Positions 20,580 to 29,466 of a DNA stretch of 34,270 bases are shown piece after piece (within the stretch, counting starts at the first letter, position 1; the number at the start of each line of letters is the position of its first letter). Under the pieces are notes generated by a model that saw only the letters and a program-made list of their open reading frames with translations, searched no databases and was not told the origin of the DNA. Location of the stretch: the NCBI GenBank assembly GCA_043826475.1, contig JBDRQG010000375.1, positions 1 to 34,270 of the forward strand. Direction: 5' to 3'. This stretch comes from a bacterium. GTDB taxonomy: Bacteria > Zixibacteria > MSB-5A5 > GN15 > FEB-12. A program made the position numbers and the translations under genes.

Positions 20580-22658
20580 GTGAAAATATGTCCAGAATGT
20601 AATTTTAATCAATTATTAGAATCCGCTAAATTTTGTCCAGAATGCGGATGTAATCTAAGCGGGAGTACAAACTCGAATCAAAACGATGAGGAACTCAAGC
20701 TTGAAGTAACTGAAAAAGAATCGAAAGGTACTAATATTGTCGGAGAAGACGAGGAATTGATACTCGAAGGTCCGAACAGTTCTATTGAAATGAGTGTCGA
20801 TCCTGATCTTCAGAAAGAGTTGGAACCTGATGATGAGGAACTACAGCTGATCGGCGGCTTGGGTTCAGGTTCTAAGGATGACAAAAGCACTCAAAAAATT
20901 AAAATTGAGAATACTGATGATGATAGTACTGGCAAAATAAAAAGACTGACGGCTGAAGAAATATCTCAAATTGAGAAAAAGCTTTATAAGAACGATCCCG
21001 GATTCAACAATAATGCCATAAATGCCGTAGAAAAAGATAATAGCACCAGCCTTTTTGGAAATGCCCCTATTATCCCTCCAAAAAAAGATGAACCTGAATT
21101 TAAACCGACTCTCCCTGATAACGAACCGACTTTAGATATTCCAACTCCTTCAATGGCAGAACATGACAGTGGGGTTGCATATTTTTATAAAAGATATATT
21201 GAATTAGTCGGCAGCCATGATCTCCATCCCAATGAGGAACTTATTGTCGGCAAGAAATCCTATGAACTAAAACCGAAACAGATTAATCCAAAAGTAATTT
21301 TTGGCGGAGCTGCCGGTTTATTCGTAGTTTTACTGATAATTATTGGTTCTTTAATTTCTAACGAAGCTTCACAGGGACAGGGAAACGTCTGGGGTATTGC
21401 TCTTGACGAGTACGAACAACCATTGATAACTAATGCAAAAGCCAGATTACCGGAACTGGGAAAAACAATAGATTGTAATGCCGAAGGCTTTTTTGTTTTT
21501 AAAGATATTCCCAGTGGGACACATAAAATTCAATTGATCTGGGGGGATGAAGTTATAGGCGAGAATTTCACAACTGTTACGGACAATACCTTAACAACCC
21601 TGACTCTCCGTCCGAGCGATGAGTTTCTTGCCAAACTTGACAGCCAAACAAATACAAACTCTTCAAAGGATAAGCCCGAAGAAGTGATATCAAATTCTCA
21701 GGTTGAAGAAAATTTCGATTCAGACAAGAGCACTTCTACTCAGACAAAGACCAAGAGTACTAAAACTTCATCTTCAAGCAAATGGGCAAAATTATCATTA
21801 GCAGCTAATGTTGATAATGCCGTGATTTCACTGGATGGTAATGTTATCGGCGCTGGTAATCTTACCTATGACAGACTTAAAGAAGGTGAATATCAATTCT
21901 TAGTTAAAAAAGATGGTTACTACTCCGAAAGCGGAAATATAACCCTTCAAGCCGGAAAAACACAAAAACTTGAAATTGCTTTAAGACAATTATCCGAAGA
22001 AGATCTACGGAAAACATTTTCCAAACAGGATTTTTATGATTCGGGTAAAGAAGCATACAATACCGAAAATTATTTATTTGCTATCGATGAATTCACCCTC
22101 GCCATAAAAAAAGATCCTGCTTACATTGATGCCTATGTAGCCAGGGCTGAAACACACTTAAAATTAAAAGACTGGCAAATGGCTCATGATGACTATTTGA
22201 GAGTGGCTGAAATCTATCAGTTCAATAAAGATTATAACCAGTCAATTTCAGCCTATAATAAAGCCATAGAAATAGATGGAAATTCAGTTCCTGCATATCT
22301 GGGACGGGCAAAACTCTATGCGGCAAAAAATGAGGAAAGAGCAGCTATTCCTGATTTTGAAGAAGTGCTTAAATTGGATAAGAGGAATTCGGAAGCATAT
22401 TACGGGCTGGGTGTCGCCAGGTATAATCTGGGTTCTTACAATAAAGCTATAGAACTATTTAAGGATGCCCTGTCGCTTGATGAACGCAATGCGTTGGCTC
22501 ATCAATATCTGATGCTTTGCTATTATGCTCGTAATGATAGTAAGAACCTGAAAAAAGCATATTCAAAATTTGAGGAAAAAGTTGACAGTAAAGATGTTGA
22601 AAATTTCCGATCAAATTCTGAAAATTTCGCTGTTATTCAAATTATTGATAAGAACTAA
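20580..22658 (+). CDS. Bitopic membrane protein: zinc ribbon, acidic linker, TM helix, carboxypeptidase-regulatory-like domain, PEGA domain, TPR repeats
   Basis: CPEC...KFCPECG; TM VIFGGAAGLFVVLLIIIG; ANVDNAVISLDG...VKKDGY (PEGA-like); several TPR units such as AYYGLGVARYNLGSYNKAIELFKDALSLD. Confidence 0.8.
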   Translation: MKICPECNFNQLLESAKFCPECGCNLSGSTNSNQNDEELKLEVTEKESKGTNIVGEDEELILEGPNSSIEMSVDPDLQKELEPDDEELQLIGGLGSGSKDDKSTQKIKIENTDDDSTGKIKRLTAEEISQIEKKLYKNDPGFNNNAINAVEKDNSTSLFGNAPIIPPKKDEPEFKPTLPDNEPTLDIPTPSMAEHDSGVAYFYKRYIELVGSHDLHPNEELIVGKKSYELKPKQINPKVIFGGAAGLFVVLLIIIGSLISNEASQGQGNVWGIALDEYEQPLITNAKARLPELGKTIDCNAEGFFVFKDIPSGTHKIQLIWGDEVIGENFTTVTDNTLTTLTLRPSDEFLAKLDSQTNTNSSKDKPEEVISNSQVEENFDSDKSTSTQTKTKSTKTSSSSKWAKLSLAANVDNAVISLDGNVIGAGNLTYDRLKEGEYQFLVKKDGYYSESGNITLQAGKTQKLEIALRQLSEEDLRKTFSKQDFYDSGKEAYNTENYLFAIDEFTLAIKKDPAYIDAYVARAETHLKLKDWQMAHDDYLRVAEIYQFNKDYNQSISAYNKAIEIDGNSVPAYLGRAKLYAAKNEERAAIPDFEEVLKLDKRNSEAYYGLGVARYNLGSYNKAIELFKDALSLDERNALAHQYLMLCYYARNDSKNLKKAYSKFEEKVDSKDVENFRSNSENFAVIQIIDKN

Positions 22659-22669
22659 CAGGAATTGAT

Positions 22670-22981
22670 ATGACCAGAAAACTGTGCTGTTGGCAGTTTA
22701 AGAATTGTGGACGAGAAAAAGGGGGGTTAATGACCGGGATTTTAGGGGAATGCCCGGTCTCTACAGCATTTAAATTTGATGGTCTTAATAATGGTATTGG
22801 AGCTGGAAGAGCCTGCTGGATGGTGCCTGATTCCTGCTGCCAGTTTGAGGCTGCTAATCAGGGAAAATCAAATCCCTGCTATAATTGTGATTTTTATCAA
22901 AGAGTAGTCTTCGAAGAAGAAGACAACATCATGTTCCCATATTCTAAAAATATTGTTTCAGCTCGATTACAACTCAAATAA
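22670..22981 (+). CDS. Two-CW domain Cys-rich protein
   Basis: CWQFKNCGRE...ECP...GRACWMV...C..CDFY pattern. Confidence 0.75.
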   Translation: MTRKLCCWQFKNCGREKGGLMTGILGECPVSTAFKFDGLNNGIGAGRACWMVPDSCCQFEAANQGKSNPCYNCDFYQRVVFEEEDNIMFPYSKNIVSARLQLK

Positions 22982-23099
22982 TTTCCGGAAATTTACATTT
23001 GGGGTTTTTTAAACTTTTTGGGTTGCCAACCAATCTTTTTAAGTCTATCTTCGTTTACAATTATTAGAATAAAAACTTTTTAATGCCAGGAGCCTTAAA

Positions 23100-25055
23100 A
23101 TGATTCGTTTTTTTACTCCCCTTGCTATCTTCATGTTAGCTATCGTAATGATCTCTTGTACCGCCCAGAATGGGGCTGATATTACAGCCCCACCAGTAAA
23201 ATCCCTTCTTAGTGAAGGAAAATACATTCCCGATATCGCAACCTTCCTTCAGATTGGCGCCTGTTCCCCGTCTGGGTATACATGGGACGGCAAAACAGTC
23301 TATTTCCAATCCAGTATGTCAGGAGCTTCTCAAACCTATCGTCTGACAGAAGAAAAATGGCCCTACCAGCTTACAACATTTGAAGATGGTATTGATTTCT
23401 TTACCCTTGGATACTCAGGCGCACTTGCTATTGTAGGTGCCTCTGTCGGAGGTTCCGAACAATCACAGCTATTTCTTATGGATACACAGACCGGTAGAGT
23501 TGTTCAACTGACCCATACCGAAAATATTCAGTACGGCTCAGTTGCCTGGTCAAAAGACGACAAGTATATCTATTTCCGCTCCAACGAAGAAAATAAGCGG
23601 GATTTTATGATTTATAAAATGGACATAGCCAACGGAGAGTACTCTAAAATCTTTGGTGATACCACAGCTGTCGCAGGTTACAACTTCATTTCGGACCTCT
23701 CGCAGGATGGGACCAAAATGATTATCCTTCATTTGACTTCAAATGTTGATGACGATATCTACATCCTTGATCTTCCGTCGGGAGAATATGAAAAAGTATC
23801 TGAAGATGAAGGGGATGTGATGTATGACAACACAACCCTGATGCCTGACAACAAAACTCTCTGGTTAACCTGTAACAACAACAAAGATGGCATGCCCCGC
23901 CTGGCAAAAATGACTATCGGTTCTCCGGAAGTTGAATATATCGATGACGGCTGGCTTGATATTAAATGGGAGCTTGAATCTCTTGGTTTTTCCCGTGATT
24001 ATAAAAATATGTATGCCATTATCAATGAGGATGGTTATGCCAATCTCAAAATGCGTGAAGTTGAAACCGGTAAAGAGATAAAATCCCCGCCGACTGACGG
24101 CATTGTCAGCAGCGCTCAATTCGATCGCAATGGTGATGTCCTTTTCTCTTTTGCTTCAGCGACACGAGCTCCTGAAGTTTGGAGATGGTATCCCCGCACT
24201 GAAAAACTTGAACAATTAACTTACTCAATCTATGCCGGAATTGATCGGGAACTTTTCAGTGAACCGGAATTGATTCACTACAAATCTTTTGACGGCCTCG
24301 AAATCCCAGCCTTCCTCTATACTCCTCCCGGTTATAAAAAAGGTGATCCTATTCCCTTTATTGTTGATGCTCATGGCGGTCCGGAAGGACAGACCCGTCC
24401 CTATTTCCAAAGAAACATTCAATACCTGATCCTTAACGGCTATGGGATTCTCGCACCAAACCCAAGAGGTTCTTCGGGATACGGACTCGAATACCTGAAT
24501 ATGGATAACTACAAAAACCGTAAGAAATCTCTTCAGGACTATAAAGCAGGTGTCGAATGGCTGATTGACAATGGCTACAGTTCAGAAGGAATGATGGGAA
24601 TTCGCGGCGGTTCTTATGGTGGTTATGTGGTGCTTGGTATGATAACTGAATATCCTGAGGTGTTTTCTGCTGCTGTTGATGTGGTTGGTATTGCCAATTT
24701 CAAAACCTTCCTTGAAAATACGAGTGCTTACCGAAGAGCTTTGCGTGAATCGGAATATGGCCCTCTATCTGATCCGGAATTTTTGACATCGATATCCCCT
24801 ATTCATAAGGCGAATATTATTAAAACCCCGTTGTTAGTTGTGCATGGTGAAAACGATCCTCGCGTACCGGTCGATGAAGCCCGTCAGATTATCAAAGCTA
24901 TCCAGAAGAACGGCGGTGTGGTTGATTCATTGATTTTCCCCGATGAAGGGCATGGATCATCCAAGCGAGTAAATACAATTGCTGAATATCGCAAACAGGT
25001 TGAGTTCTTTGACAAAACCCTGAAAGCAATGAAAACGGATTCGAAGAAGAATTAG
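23100..25055 (+). CDS. S9 family peptidase (acylaminoacyl / dipeptidyl aminopeptidase-like), probable lipoprotein
   Basis: HGGPE, NPRGSSGYG, nucleophile GGSYGG, HGENDPRV, DEGHG; beta-propeller-like N-terminus; ISC lipobox-like motif. Confidence 0.92.
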   Translation: MIRFFTPLAIFMLAIVMISCTAQNGADITAPPVKSLLSEGKYIPDIATFLQIGACSPSGYTWDGKTVYFQSSMSGASQTYRLTEEKWPYQLTTFEDGIDFFTLGYSGALAIVGASVGGSEQSQLFLMDTQTGRVVQLTHTENIQYGSVAWSKDDKYIYFRSNEENKRDFMIYKMDIANGEYSKIFGDTTAVAGYNFISDLSQDGTKMIILHLTSNVDDDIYILDLPSGEYEKVSEDEGDVMYDNTTLMPDNKTLWLTCNNNKDGMPRLAKMTIGSPEVEYIDDGWLDIKWELESLGFSRDYKNMYAIINEDGYANLKMREVETGKEIKSPPTDGIVSSAQFDRNGDVLFSFASATRAPEVWRWYPRTEKLEQLTYSIYAGIDRELFSEPELIHYKSFDGLEIPAFLYTPPGYKKGDPIPFIVDAHGGPEGQTRPYFQRNIQYLILNGYGILAPNPRGSSGYGLEYLNMDNYKNRKKSLQDYKAGVEWLIDNGYSSEGMMGIRGGSYGGYVVLGMITEYPEVFSAAVDVVGIANFKTFLENTSAYRRALRESEYGPLSDPEFLTSISPIHKANIIKTPLLVVHGENDPRVPVDEARQIIKAIQKNGGVVDSLIFPDEGHGSSKRVNTIAEYRKQVEFFDKTLKAMKTDSKKN

Positions 25056-25110
25056 AATTTCGTTGGATGAAACCCTTACGGTTTCAACACGAGCTTTGTG
25101 TTTAAAAAAG

Positions 25111-25143
25111 AAAAAAGGCAGGATCCATGTGATCCTGCCTTTT
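25111..25143. terminator. Bidirectional intrinsic terminator
   Basis: AAAAGGCAGGATC-CATGT-GATCCTGCCTTTT between convergent genes. Confidence 0.85.
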
Positions 25144-25170
25144 GTACTTGTGATACAATTATATAAATAG

Positions 25171-25683
25171 TCACTTATTCCTAATCCGTGGTAACCACAT
25201 GGAGATCTTCTTCATGTAGTTTTCGTAATCCTTGCCGAACCGTTTGAGAAGTAACTTTTCTTCATAACGAGCAATAATTGTTAAAAACCAAAATATCATG
25301 CAGAAAATAACTGATGCTATCAGGGATATACTGAATATTAATAGCCCCAGATAAAGTACAAGTTCACTTAAATACATCGGATGACGGACAACACTAAAAA
25401 CACTTATATCAATAACAGATGGTACTTCTCTTACCTTCCCAAAAACAATTGCGTGTGATTTTAAAACCAGATATCCAGATATTATTATCAGGAATATTCC
25501 AATAGGAATTCTTACCCATATTGGTATATAGTCATTTAAGAATATCGAATACTTCATAAAAAAAGTATCAAGAATCCAGACTGCAATAAAGATACAAGCA
25601 AGTATAATCTGTCCGATATCTCCAATTGGATGCTCACCAGTCAAATCTTCTCTTTTATTAGTATCTTCATGATTGTGCTCCAT
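25171..25683 (-). CDS. Isoprenylcysteine carboxyl methyltransferase (ICMT/PEMT) family membrane protein
   Basis: VRHPMY and EEKLL..RFGKDYENY...W.P motifs. ATG at 25683 with GGGGAAG is preferred over 25752. Confidence 0.85.
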   Translation of the reverse strand: MEHNHEDTNKREDLTGEHPIGDIGQIILACIFIAVWILDTFFMKYSIFLNDYIPIWVRIPIGIFLIIISGYLVLKSHAIVFGKVREVPSVIDISVFSVVRHPMYLSELVLYLGLLIFSISLIASVIFCMIFWFLTIIARYEEKLLLKRFGKDYENYMKKISMWLPRIRNK

Positions 25684-25741
25684 AAAATCTTCCCCAATAA
25701 AAACATTGAAATAAAATTTGATATATTTCAAATAAAGAATG

Positions 25742-26155
25742 CTATTCTCCAATTATCTTTATCAAAACCCGTTTTCTTCGACGGCCGTCGAATTCAGCAT
25801 AATAAACCTGCTGCCAGGGTCCAAAGTCGATTTTACCCTCGGTGACCGACAGCATGGTCTGGTTGTGCATCAACAGGTTTTTTAAATGGGCATCACCGTT
25901 GTCTTCCCCGGTTCGATGGTGTTTGTAATCCTTGCCAAAAGGGGCCAGTTTCTCCAGCCACTCATCGATATCTTCGATCAACCCAGATTCAGCGTCATTG
26001 ACATATATAGCAGCAGTTATATGCATTGCGGAGACAAGCATAATCCCTTCCTGTATACCGCTCTCCTCAAGAGCATTCTCCACCTCGTGAGTGATATTGA
26101 TATAATCCCGCCTTTGCGGAACATTAAAAACAAGATGTTTTCTAAAGCTTTTCAT
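25742..26155 (-). CDS. yjbQ: YjbQ / UPF0047 secondary thiamine-phosphate synthase family protein
   Basis: [37 protein letters not shown] at 26155 with AGAGG. Confidence 0.9.
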   Translation of the reverse strand: MKSFRKHLVFNVPQRRDYINITHEVENALEESGIQEGIMLVSAMHITAAIYVNDAESGLIEDIDEWLEKLAPFGKDYKHHRTGEDNGDAHLKNLLMHNQTMLSVTEGKIDFGPWQQVYYAEFDGRRRKRVLIKIIGE

Positions 26156-26186
26156 ATGATGCCTCTTTAATATAAAACCAGTACTC

Positions 26187-26221
26187 AAAAAATAAAGGCG
26201 GGTCTGAAGCAGGACCCACCC
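26187..26221 (-). terminator. Intrinsic terminator after the SPOR gene
   Basis: Minus strand GGTGGGTC-CTGCTTCA-GACCCGCC-TTTATTTTTT. Confidence 0.7.
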
Positions 26222-26266
26222 TATATTAAATTTGTTGAATCCACAGGGTTTTCAACCTGTATAAAA

Positions 26267-26746
26267 TCAATTTGTGAAATCAACCCAGGCTTCAATAGAA
26301 TATTTATCATTCAGTTCGGACTTTAGGGCTTTAGCCTCACTAAATGAATCAAAAACCCCAATGCGAACCCGGTTATATAGTTGGCCGTCGACCGTCTCAG
26401 TCGTAACATACGGCTCATATCCCCGGTTCTGGTAGGTCCGAACAAGATATTGGGCATAATCACTGTTTTCACAACCGGCAACCTGAACGGTGAAACCGCT
26501 TCCGGCCGGTTTGCCTGGCATTACATTCCTATCGGATTCTTCGGGAATTGCCCCGGCGCTCATTGCTTCTTCAGCTAAAGCTATTGAATCCAATCTGGCC
26601 AGACTGTCAGCGATAGCAGTTGAGTCCAGCTCTTTCTGCCCCATCATCTCTTTTTCAAGCTGGGCGACCTCATCTTTTTTCTTTGAACAGCCAAAGACAA
26701 GTAAAAGTGACATTAAAATAACGGTTACTAAATATATCGTTTTCAT
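26267..26746 (-). CDS. SPOR domain lipoprotein
   Basis: VFGC lipobox-like motif; FTVQVAG...YNRVRIGVFDS..EA..L. Confidence 0.88.
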   Translation of the reverse strand: MKTIYLVTVILMSLLLVFGCSKKKDEVAQLEKEMMGQKELDSTAIADSLARLDSIALAEEAMSAGAIPEESDRNVMPGKPAGSGFTVQVAGCENSDYAQYLVRTYQNRGYEPYVTTETVDGQLYNRVRIGVFDSFSEAKALKSELNDKYSIEAWVDFTN

Positions 26747-26932
26747 CCTGCCTCCACAGAATTAATAATTATCCTTCACTTCCGGAAAAAAATTCCAGAC
26801 CAACAATTTTTAGTTGTATAATCTATTAAGTACCATTAGTTTCTCCTGTCAACTAAAAGCATATTGATTTTAAAACATTAAGGATTTACAGTGTATAATA
26901 ATTATGAAACTATAGTTAGAGAACAGAAGATA

Positions 26933-27904
26933 ATGAATATCCATGATAACATTCTCGATATGATCGGTAATACCCCCTTGGTTAGGCTCAGGACCGGCAT
27001 TTCTGACAATGGCCAGATAGCATGTGTTAAACTGGAGTATTACAACCCATCCGGTTCTTTAAAAGATCGGATGGCATATTATATTTTAAAAAAAGCAATG
27101 GCTGAAGGTAAAATCAAAAAGGGAGACACCGTAGTTGATAATTCTTCCGGTAATACCGGTTCGGCTATGGCTTTGGTAGCCTTACAATTAGGCTTAAAAG
27201 CTGTTGTGACTACCCCGGATAAAACCAGTAAAGAAAAAATCGATCTAATGCGGTCATTTGGCGCTGAAGTTATTGTTACCCCTGAAGTTGATGTACATGA
27301 TGATCCCAGGGGATTTTTTGCAGTAGCAAGGCGCTTGGCTAAAGAAAAGGGATATTTTGATTTGGATCAATATGACAGCCAGGTAAATGTGGAATCCCAT
27401 TATTCATCCACTGGACCGGAGATTTGGAGAGATACTGACGGACAAATAACTCATTTTATAGCTGGAATAGGAACTGGTGGAACTTTTTCAGGGGTTGCAC
27501 GGTACTTAAAGGAGATGAACCCAAAGATTAAAACCATAGCGGTTGACCCGGAAGGGTCGGTATTTACTGACTATATCCGGGAAGGTAAGAAGGTCCCCGG
27601 CCATTGTTATAAAGTTGAAGGGATCGGGTCTGATGTAGTTACTAAGGCTATGCATAAAGATCTGGTAGATGAAGTTATAACTGTCAGTGATAAAGATGCC
27701 TTTTTAAGAGCCCGTGAGATAACTATAAATGAAGGGATGTCAATTGGGGGTTCGTCTGGGGCAGTGGCTGTTGCGATGGAACAGGTATCTGCTTACCTTG
27801 ATAAAGGACATGTAATGGTTGGTATTTTTGGTGATGGCGGCATTCGCTATTTAAGCAAGTGTTATAATGATGACTGGATGCGCCAACAAGGTTTTCTGAA
27901 ATAG
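26933..27904 (+). CDS. PLP-dependent cysteine synthase / cystathionine beta-synthase family protein
   Basis: IGNTPLV, NPSGSLKDR, SSGNTG, GIGTGGT, VEGIG and a CBS-like RYLSK.YNDDWM end. ATG at 26933 preferred. Confidence 0.92.
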   Translation: MNIHDNILDMIGNTPLVRLRTGISDNGQIACVKLEYYNPSGSLKDRMAYYILKKAMAEGKIKKGDTVVDNSSGNTGSAMALVALQLGLKAVVTTPDKTSKEKIDLMRSFGAEVIVTPEVDVHDDPRGFFAVARRLAKEKGYFDLDQYDSQVNVESHYSSTGPEIWRDTDGQITHFIAGIGTGGTFSGVARYLKEMNPKIKTIAVDPEGSVFTDYIREGKKVPGHCYKVEGIGSDVVTKAMHKDLVDEVITVSDKDAFLRAREITINEGMSIGGSSGAVAVAMEQVSAYLDKGHVMVGIFGDGGIRYLSKCYNDDWMRQQGFLK

Positions 27905-27922
27905 TCGGAGGATAAAAAATAT

Positions 27923-28618
27923 ATGCATTTTCTACTCACAATTATCTCTACAGCTTTAATATTTCTTAATGGAGCTATTAATAAAGGGAGTAAATCACCA
28001 GAACTGACAATTGAAGAACAGATGTTTGATTTCGGTCATGTGGGCATTGAATATGATGTACAACATCAATATATATTTGAAAACCGAACCTCAGATACTA
28101 TCCGAATTTTAAAAACTACTCCCTTATGCGATTGTACTTCGGCATATGCTCTGGATTCGATCGTTGCCCCGGGAGATACTACCTTTATCAATATAAATTT
28201 TAGTACTAAAGATCAGTATGGCCCCACAAATAAAGAAATTGTTGTTATCACCGACAATAAACAGCTCGATTCTCTGCACTATTACTACCTCGCTATTATT
28301 GGACAATGGTTTGACGGAATACGGTCTGATCCTTCCGCTTTACTTTTCCTGCCTAAAAAGGGCCCACAAACGGTTAAAATTCCCAACTTCAATTTTGATA
28401 AAATCTCTATCTCAAGTTTTATCCAATATAGAGATTTTTTCACAATTAAACAGACTGTCAGCGAAGCTAAAAAGGGTGAGTCTTTAACTTTTGAGATCGC
28501 TCCCAGGAATGATTTAAAACCTGGGAATTATCGCTCAAATGTAACTTTACATATTGATAAAGGTGAAGACGCTGAAGAGACGATCCTGACCATACCGGTG
28601 AAAATAGTCGTATATTGA
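27923..28618 (+). CDS. DUF1573 domain protein (CxC motif)
   Basis: FDFGHV...TTPLCDCT; C-terminal LTIPVK; GGAGG RBS; 18 nt after the cysteine synthase stop. Confidence 0.85.
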   Translation: MHFLLTIISTALIFLNGAINKGSKSPELTIEEQMFDFGHVGIEYDVQHQYIFENRTSDTIRILKTTPLCDCTSAYALDSIVAPGDTTFININFSTKDQYGPTNKEIVVITDNKQLDSLHYYYLAIIGQWFDGIRSDPSALLFLPKKGPQTVKIPNFNFDKISISSFIQYRDFFTIKQTVSEAKKGESLTFEIAPRNDLKPGNYRSNVTLHIDKGEDAEETILTIPVKIVVY

Positions 28619-28650
28619 AGACTAAATATGCCATGTTTTTTAAAATTTAA

Positions 28651-28678
28651 TTGACATAACATTGATAATAATTATTCT
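28651..28678 (+). promoter_or_regulatory. Putative sigma70 promoter with no downstream CDS
   Basis: TTGACA (28651-28656), 16 nt, TATTCT (28673-28678). Confidence 0.55.
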
Positions 28679-28681
28679 TAG

Positions 28682-28761
28682 AGAATCGAGGGTGACTCTC
28701 TGCTGTCCCTGGGTAGTTTTTTAGCCCCCTCTACCCAACCAGAGTAGCGCCCTCTTTTTTT
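28682..28761 (+). ncRNA. Candidate small structured RNA (about 75 nt)
   Basis: GC-rich nested hairpin GAGGGTG/CGCCCTC, ACTCT/AGAGT, TGGGTAG/CTACCCA followed by T7, just downstream of a promoter. Confidence 0.5.
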
Positions 28762-28782
28762 ATATTTTGTAATTAAAAGCAT

Positions 28783-28810
28783 AAAAAAACCGCCTATATA
28801 GGCGGTTTTT
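28783..28810 (-). terminator. Intrinsic terminator of the ferredoxin gene
   Basis: AAAAACCGCCTA-TA-TAGGCGGTTTTT. Confidence 0.85.
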
Positions 28811-28828
28811 ATAAAAAACAAAAAAATA

Positions 28829-29038
28829 TTATTCTTCGCGTTTGACAATAGCAATACATATATCATCATCATCAACAATCGGACAAACAGAAACACACTG
28901 CTGTTCATCTTCATCTTCACATTCATTACAGGTATTAGGATTAATCACATAGATATCACCTTCTGTAATTGATTCGGTCGGGCACTCTTCCAGACAGAGC
29001 CCGCATGCTGTACATTCATCAGTAATTCTCATCGACAT
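28829..29038 (-). CDS. 2[4Fe-4S] ferredoxin (YfhL / Allochromatium-like)
   Basis: CTACGLCLEECP and CNEC-x7-CVSVCP; GGAGG RBS. Confidence 0.9.
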   Translation of the reverse strand: MSMRITDECTACGLCLEECPTESITEGDIYVINPNTCNECEDEDEQQCVSVCPIVDDDDICIAIVKREE

Positions 29039-29092
29039 AATCAGAGTCCTCCAAAAGTATAAACTAATATCACTTTCATTTCAAAGTTGCAT

Positions 29093-29122
29093 AATATACG
29101 AATTTTAAATCAAAAGATTCAA
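29093..29122 (-). promoter_or_regulatory. Putative promoter of the ferredoxin gene
   Basis: Minus strand TTGAAT, 18 nt, TATATT. Confidence 0.4.
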
Positions 29123-29241
29123 GGATTATTTTAAGAATTTTTTACATATATAAAATTCATAATTAATTAAGAGCTTGTAAGTTAGCGGGAAAAAGCTCAC
29201 GGATATGTAAAGATTATTTCGAGAGTTTAGTAATAAAAAAA

Positions 29242-29313
29242 AGGCGGCACCCAGATTCGAACTGGGGGATGGAGGTTTTGCAGACCTCGGCCTTACCACT
29301 TGGCTATGCCGCC
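29242..29313 (-). tRNA. tRNA-Cys(GCA), CCA not encoded
   Basis: GGCGGCATAGCCAAGTGGTAAGGCCGAGGTCTGCAAAACCTCCATCCCCCAGTTCGAATCTGGGTGCCGCCT folds as a cloverleaf. Confidence 0.96.
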
Positions 29314-29323
29314 ATAAAAAAAG

Positions 29324-29396
29324 AGCGGGAAACGAGACTCGAACTCGCGACAGCCACCTTGGCAAGGTGGTGCTCTACCCACTGAGCTATTCCCGC
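29324..29396 (-). tRNA. tRNA-Gly(GCC), CCA not encoded
   Basis: GCGGGAATAGCTCAGTGGGTAGAGCACCACCTTGCCAAGGTGGCTGTCGCGAGTTCGAGTCTCGTTTCCCGCT folds as a cloverleaf. Confidence 0.96.
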
Positions 29397-29410
29397 TTCA
29401 ATCACGATTT

Positions 29411-29441
29411 AATATATAATATCGGTAGTTCTTTTTGTCAA
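29411..29441 (-). promoter_or_regulatory. Putative promoter of the tRNA-Gly-Cys operon
   Basis: Minus strand TTGACA followed 17-19 nt later by TATATA/TATATT. Confidence 0.55.
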
Positions 29442-29466
29442 CTTATTTCAAATATTACTTAAATAT

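Noticed and set aside
29126-29242. tRNA 3' end as an integration site for an island
   Set aside because: No integrase and no duplicated tRNA 3' fragment were seen in the window.
29242-29313. Possible tRNA-Sec or UGA suppressor
   Set aside because: The anticodon is GCA with a normal 7-bp acceptor stem and short variable loop; this is an ordinary tRNA-Cys in the common Gly-Cys arrangement.
28678-29365. ORFs 28678..28926 and 29126..29365
   Set aside because: They overlap the ferredoxin, terminator and sRNA candidate, or the two tRNAs, and have no recognisable protein features.
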